Part shown: positions 51,401-54,616 of the stretch, piece by piece
How the letters are laid out: each line of letters opens with the position of its first letter
Numbering within the stretch: the stretch's first letter is position 1
From: Tubiluchus corallicola
Taxonomy: Eukaryota; Animalia; Priapulida
Length of the DNA: 54,616 bases
Assembly: GCA_030141605.1 (NCBI GenBank)
Contig: JAQGDQ010001215.1
Location: 1-54,616, forward strand
Direction of reading: 5' to 3'
The notes under the pieces: model-generated
Database searches by the model: none
What the model was told of the DNA's origin: nothing
What the model saw: only the letters and a program-made list of their open reading frames with translations
Program-made: the position numbers and the translations under genes

Positions 51401-54400
51401 CAGTCCCGCTTTTAATAATAATAAAATTATAATTTCAGTTGTTTAAAGGAACAGTCCCGCTTTTAATAATAATAAAATTATAATCTCAATTGTTTAAAGG
51501 AACAGTCCCGCTTTTAATAATAATAAAATTATAATCTCAATTGTTTAAAGGAACAGTCCCGCTTTTAATAATAATAAAATTATAATCTCAGTTGTTTAAA
51601 GGAACAGTCCCGCTTTTAATAATAATAAAATTATAATCTCAGTTGTTTAAAGGAACAGTCCCGCTTTTAATAATAATAAAATTATAATCTCAATTGTTTA
51701 AAGGAACAGTCCCGCTTTTAATAATAATAAAATTATAATCATTGTTTAAGGAACAGTCCCTTTTAATATTAAAATTATAATTTCAGTTGTTTAAAGGAAC
51801 AGTCCCGCTTTTAATAATAATAAAATTATAATTTCAATTGTTTAAAGGAACAGTCCCGCTTTTAATAATAATAAAATTATAATCTCAATTGTTTAAAGGA
51901 ACAGTCCCGCTTTTAATAATAATAAAATTATAATCTCAGTTGTTTAAAGGAACAGTCCCGCTTTTAATAATAATAAAATTATAATCTCAATTGTTTAAAG
52001 GAACAGTCCCGCTTTTAATAATAATGAAATTATAATCTCAATTGTTTAAAGGAACAGTCCCGCTTTTAATAATAATAAAATTATAATTTCAGTTGTTTAA
52101 AGGAACAGTCCCGCTTTTAATAATAATAAAATTATAATCTCAGTTGTTTAAAGGAACAGTCCCGCTTTTAATAATAATAAAATTATAATTTCAGTTGTTT
52201 AAAGGAACAGTCCCGCTTTTAATAATAATAAAATTATAATTTCAATTGTTTAAAGGAACAGTCCCGCTTTTAATAATAATAAAATTATAATTTCAGTTGT
52301 TTAAAGGAACAGTCCCGCTTTTAATAATAATAAAATTATAATCTCAATTGTTTAAAGGAACAGTCCCGCTTTTAATAATAATAAAATTATAATCTCAGTT
52401 GTTTAAAGGAACAGTCCCGCTTTTAATAATAATAAAATTATAATCTCAATTGTTTAAAGGAACAGTCCCGCTTTTAATAATAATAAGATTATAATCTCAG
52501 TTGTTTAAAGGAACAGTCCCGCTTTTAATAATAATAAAATTATAATCTCAGTTGTTTAAAGGAACAGTCCCGCTTTTAATAATAATAAAATTATGATTTC
52601 AATTGTTTAAAGGAACAGTCCCGCTTTTAATAATAATAAAATTATAATCTCAATTGTTTAAAGGAACAGTCCCGCTTTTAATAATAATAAAATTATAATT
52701 TCAGTTGTTTAAAGGAACAGTCCCGCTTTTTAGTCCCGCTTTTAATAATAATAAAATTATAATCTCAGTTGTTTAAAGGAACAGTCCCGCTTTTAATAAT
52801 AATAAAATTATAATCTCAGTTGTTTAAAGGAACAGTCCCGCTTTTAATAATAATAAAATTATAATTTCAGTTGTTTAAAGGAACAGTCCCGCTTTTAATA
52901 ATAATAAAATTATAATCTCAGTTGTTTAAAGGAACAGTCCCGCTTTTAATAATAATAAAATTATAATCTCAATTGTTTAAAGGAACAGTCCCGCTTTTAA
53001 TAATAATAAAATTATAATTTCAGTTGTTTAAAGGAACAGTCCCGCTTTTAATAATAATAAAATTATAATTTCAGTTGTTTAAAGGAACAGTCCCGCTTTT
53101 AATAATAATAAAATTATAATTTCAATTGTTTAAAGGAACAGTCCCGCTTTTAATAATAATAAAATTATAATTTCAGTTGTTTAAAGGAACAGTCCCGCTT
53201 TTAATAATAATAAAATTATAATTTCAATTGTTTAAAGGAACAGTCCCGCTTTTAATAATAATAAGATTATAATCTCAGTTGTTTAAAGGAACAGTCCCGC
53301 TTTTAATAATAATAAAATTATAATCTCAGTTGTTTAAAGGAACAGTCCCGCTTTTAATAATAATGAAATTATAATCTCAGTTGTTTAAAGGAACAGTCCC
53401 GCTTTTAATAATAATAAAATTATAATCTCAGTTGTTTAAAGGAACAGTCCCGCTTTTAATAATAATAAAATTATAATTTCAGTTGTTTAAAGGAACAGTC
53501 CCGCTTTTAATAATAATAAAATTATAATTTCAGTTGTTTAAAGGAACAGTCCCGCTTTTAATAATAATAAAATTATAATTTCAGTTGTTTAAAGGAACAG
53601 TCCCGCTTTTAATAATAATAAAATTATAATTTCAATTGTTTAAAGGAACAGTCCCGCTTTTAATAATAATAAAATTATAATTTCAATTGTTTAAAGGAAC
53701 AGTCCCGCTTTTAATAATAATAAAATTATAATCTCAGTTGTTTAAAGGAACAGTCCCGCTTTTAATAATAATAAGATTATAATCTCAGTTGTTTAAAGGA
53801 ACAGTCCCGCTTTTAATAATAATAAAATTATAATCTCAATTGTTTAAAGGAACAGTCCCGCTTTTAATAATAATAAAATTATAATCTCAGTTGTTTAAAG
53901 GAACAGTCCCGCTTTTAATAATAATAAAATTATAATTTCAGTTGTTTAAAGGAACAGTCCCGCTTTTAATAATAATAAAATTATAATCTCAGTTGTTTAA
54001 AGGAACAGTCCCGCTTTTAATAATAATAAAATTATAATTTCAGTTGTTTAAAGGAACAGTCCCGCTTTTAATAATAATAAAATTATAATCCAGTTGTTTA
54101 AAGGAACAGTCCCGCTTTTAATAATAATAATTATAATTTCAGTTGTTTAAAGGAACAGTCCCGCTTAATAATAATAATTATAATCTAGTTGTTTAAAGGA
54201 ACAGTCCCGCTTTTAATAATAATAAAATTATAATCTCAGTTGTTTAAGGAACAGTCCCGCTTTTAATAATAATGTATAATTTCAGTTGTTTAAAGGAACA
54301 GTCCCGCTTTTAATAATAATGAAAATTATAATTTCAGTTGTTTAAAGGAACAGTCCCGCTTTTAATAATAATAAAATTATAATTTCAGTTGTTTAAAGGA

Positions 54401-54505
54401 ACAGTCCCGCTTTTAATAATAATAAATTATAATTTCAGTTGTTTAAAGGAACAGTCCCGCTTTTAATAATAATAAAATTATAATTTCAGTTGTTTAAAGG
54501 AACAA
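48455..54505. repeat. 51-bp satellite, about 118 copies (about 6 kb)
   Basis: Unit TTTAAAGGAACAGTCCCGCTTTTAATAATAATAAAATTATAAT(C/T)TCA(A/G)TTG, very homogeneous, no spacers. Confidence 0.97.
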
Positions 54506-54616
54506 TTCTTAAATTAGTATAATTCGAAACATTTATATTTGTACTTACGCTCTATGCGGTATGGCAGTATTATATGTAATTATTTTGTTGTTGTGATTTC
54601 AGCCTGTTCATTACTG

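Noticed and set aside
42291-54505. Long regular arrays (41 bp and 51 bp) as CRISPR arrays
   Set aside because: Head-to-tail units with no unique spacers, no cas genes and a eukaryotic context; these are satellites.

Overview
AT-rich, repeat-dense eukaryotic DNA, almost certainly from an invertebrate animal (GT-AG introns, TTAGGG-like repeats, MetaSINE and 5S-derived SINE-like elements). Two spliced plus-strand genes can be reconstructed by eye. (1) A >=1489-aa STAND/NLR-type protein (exons 12142-12285, 13787-17602, 19067-19576). It has an N-terminal helical domain resembling the MLKL/HeLo/RPW8 four-helix bundle, then a NACHT NTPase and divergent WD40 repeats; its start exon is unresolved. (2) About 7 kb downstream, a 4-coding-exon gene whose reading frame is absent from the ORF track (26369-30106). 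It encodes a 156-aa alpha/beta protein of possible receiver- or TIR-like fold, and its C-terminus resembles the start of the NLR. The rest is microsatellites, mini/satellites (several containing TTAA+AGG transposon-end-like motifs), a Kolobok-like element, a hAT MITE, two solo LTRs with their own TSDs, a LINE 3' fragment and SINEs. Most long ORFs in the track are repeat artefacts. All domain and family calls come from motif recognition, not database searches.
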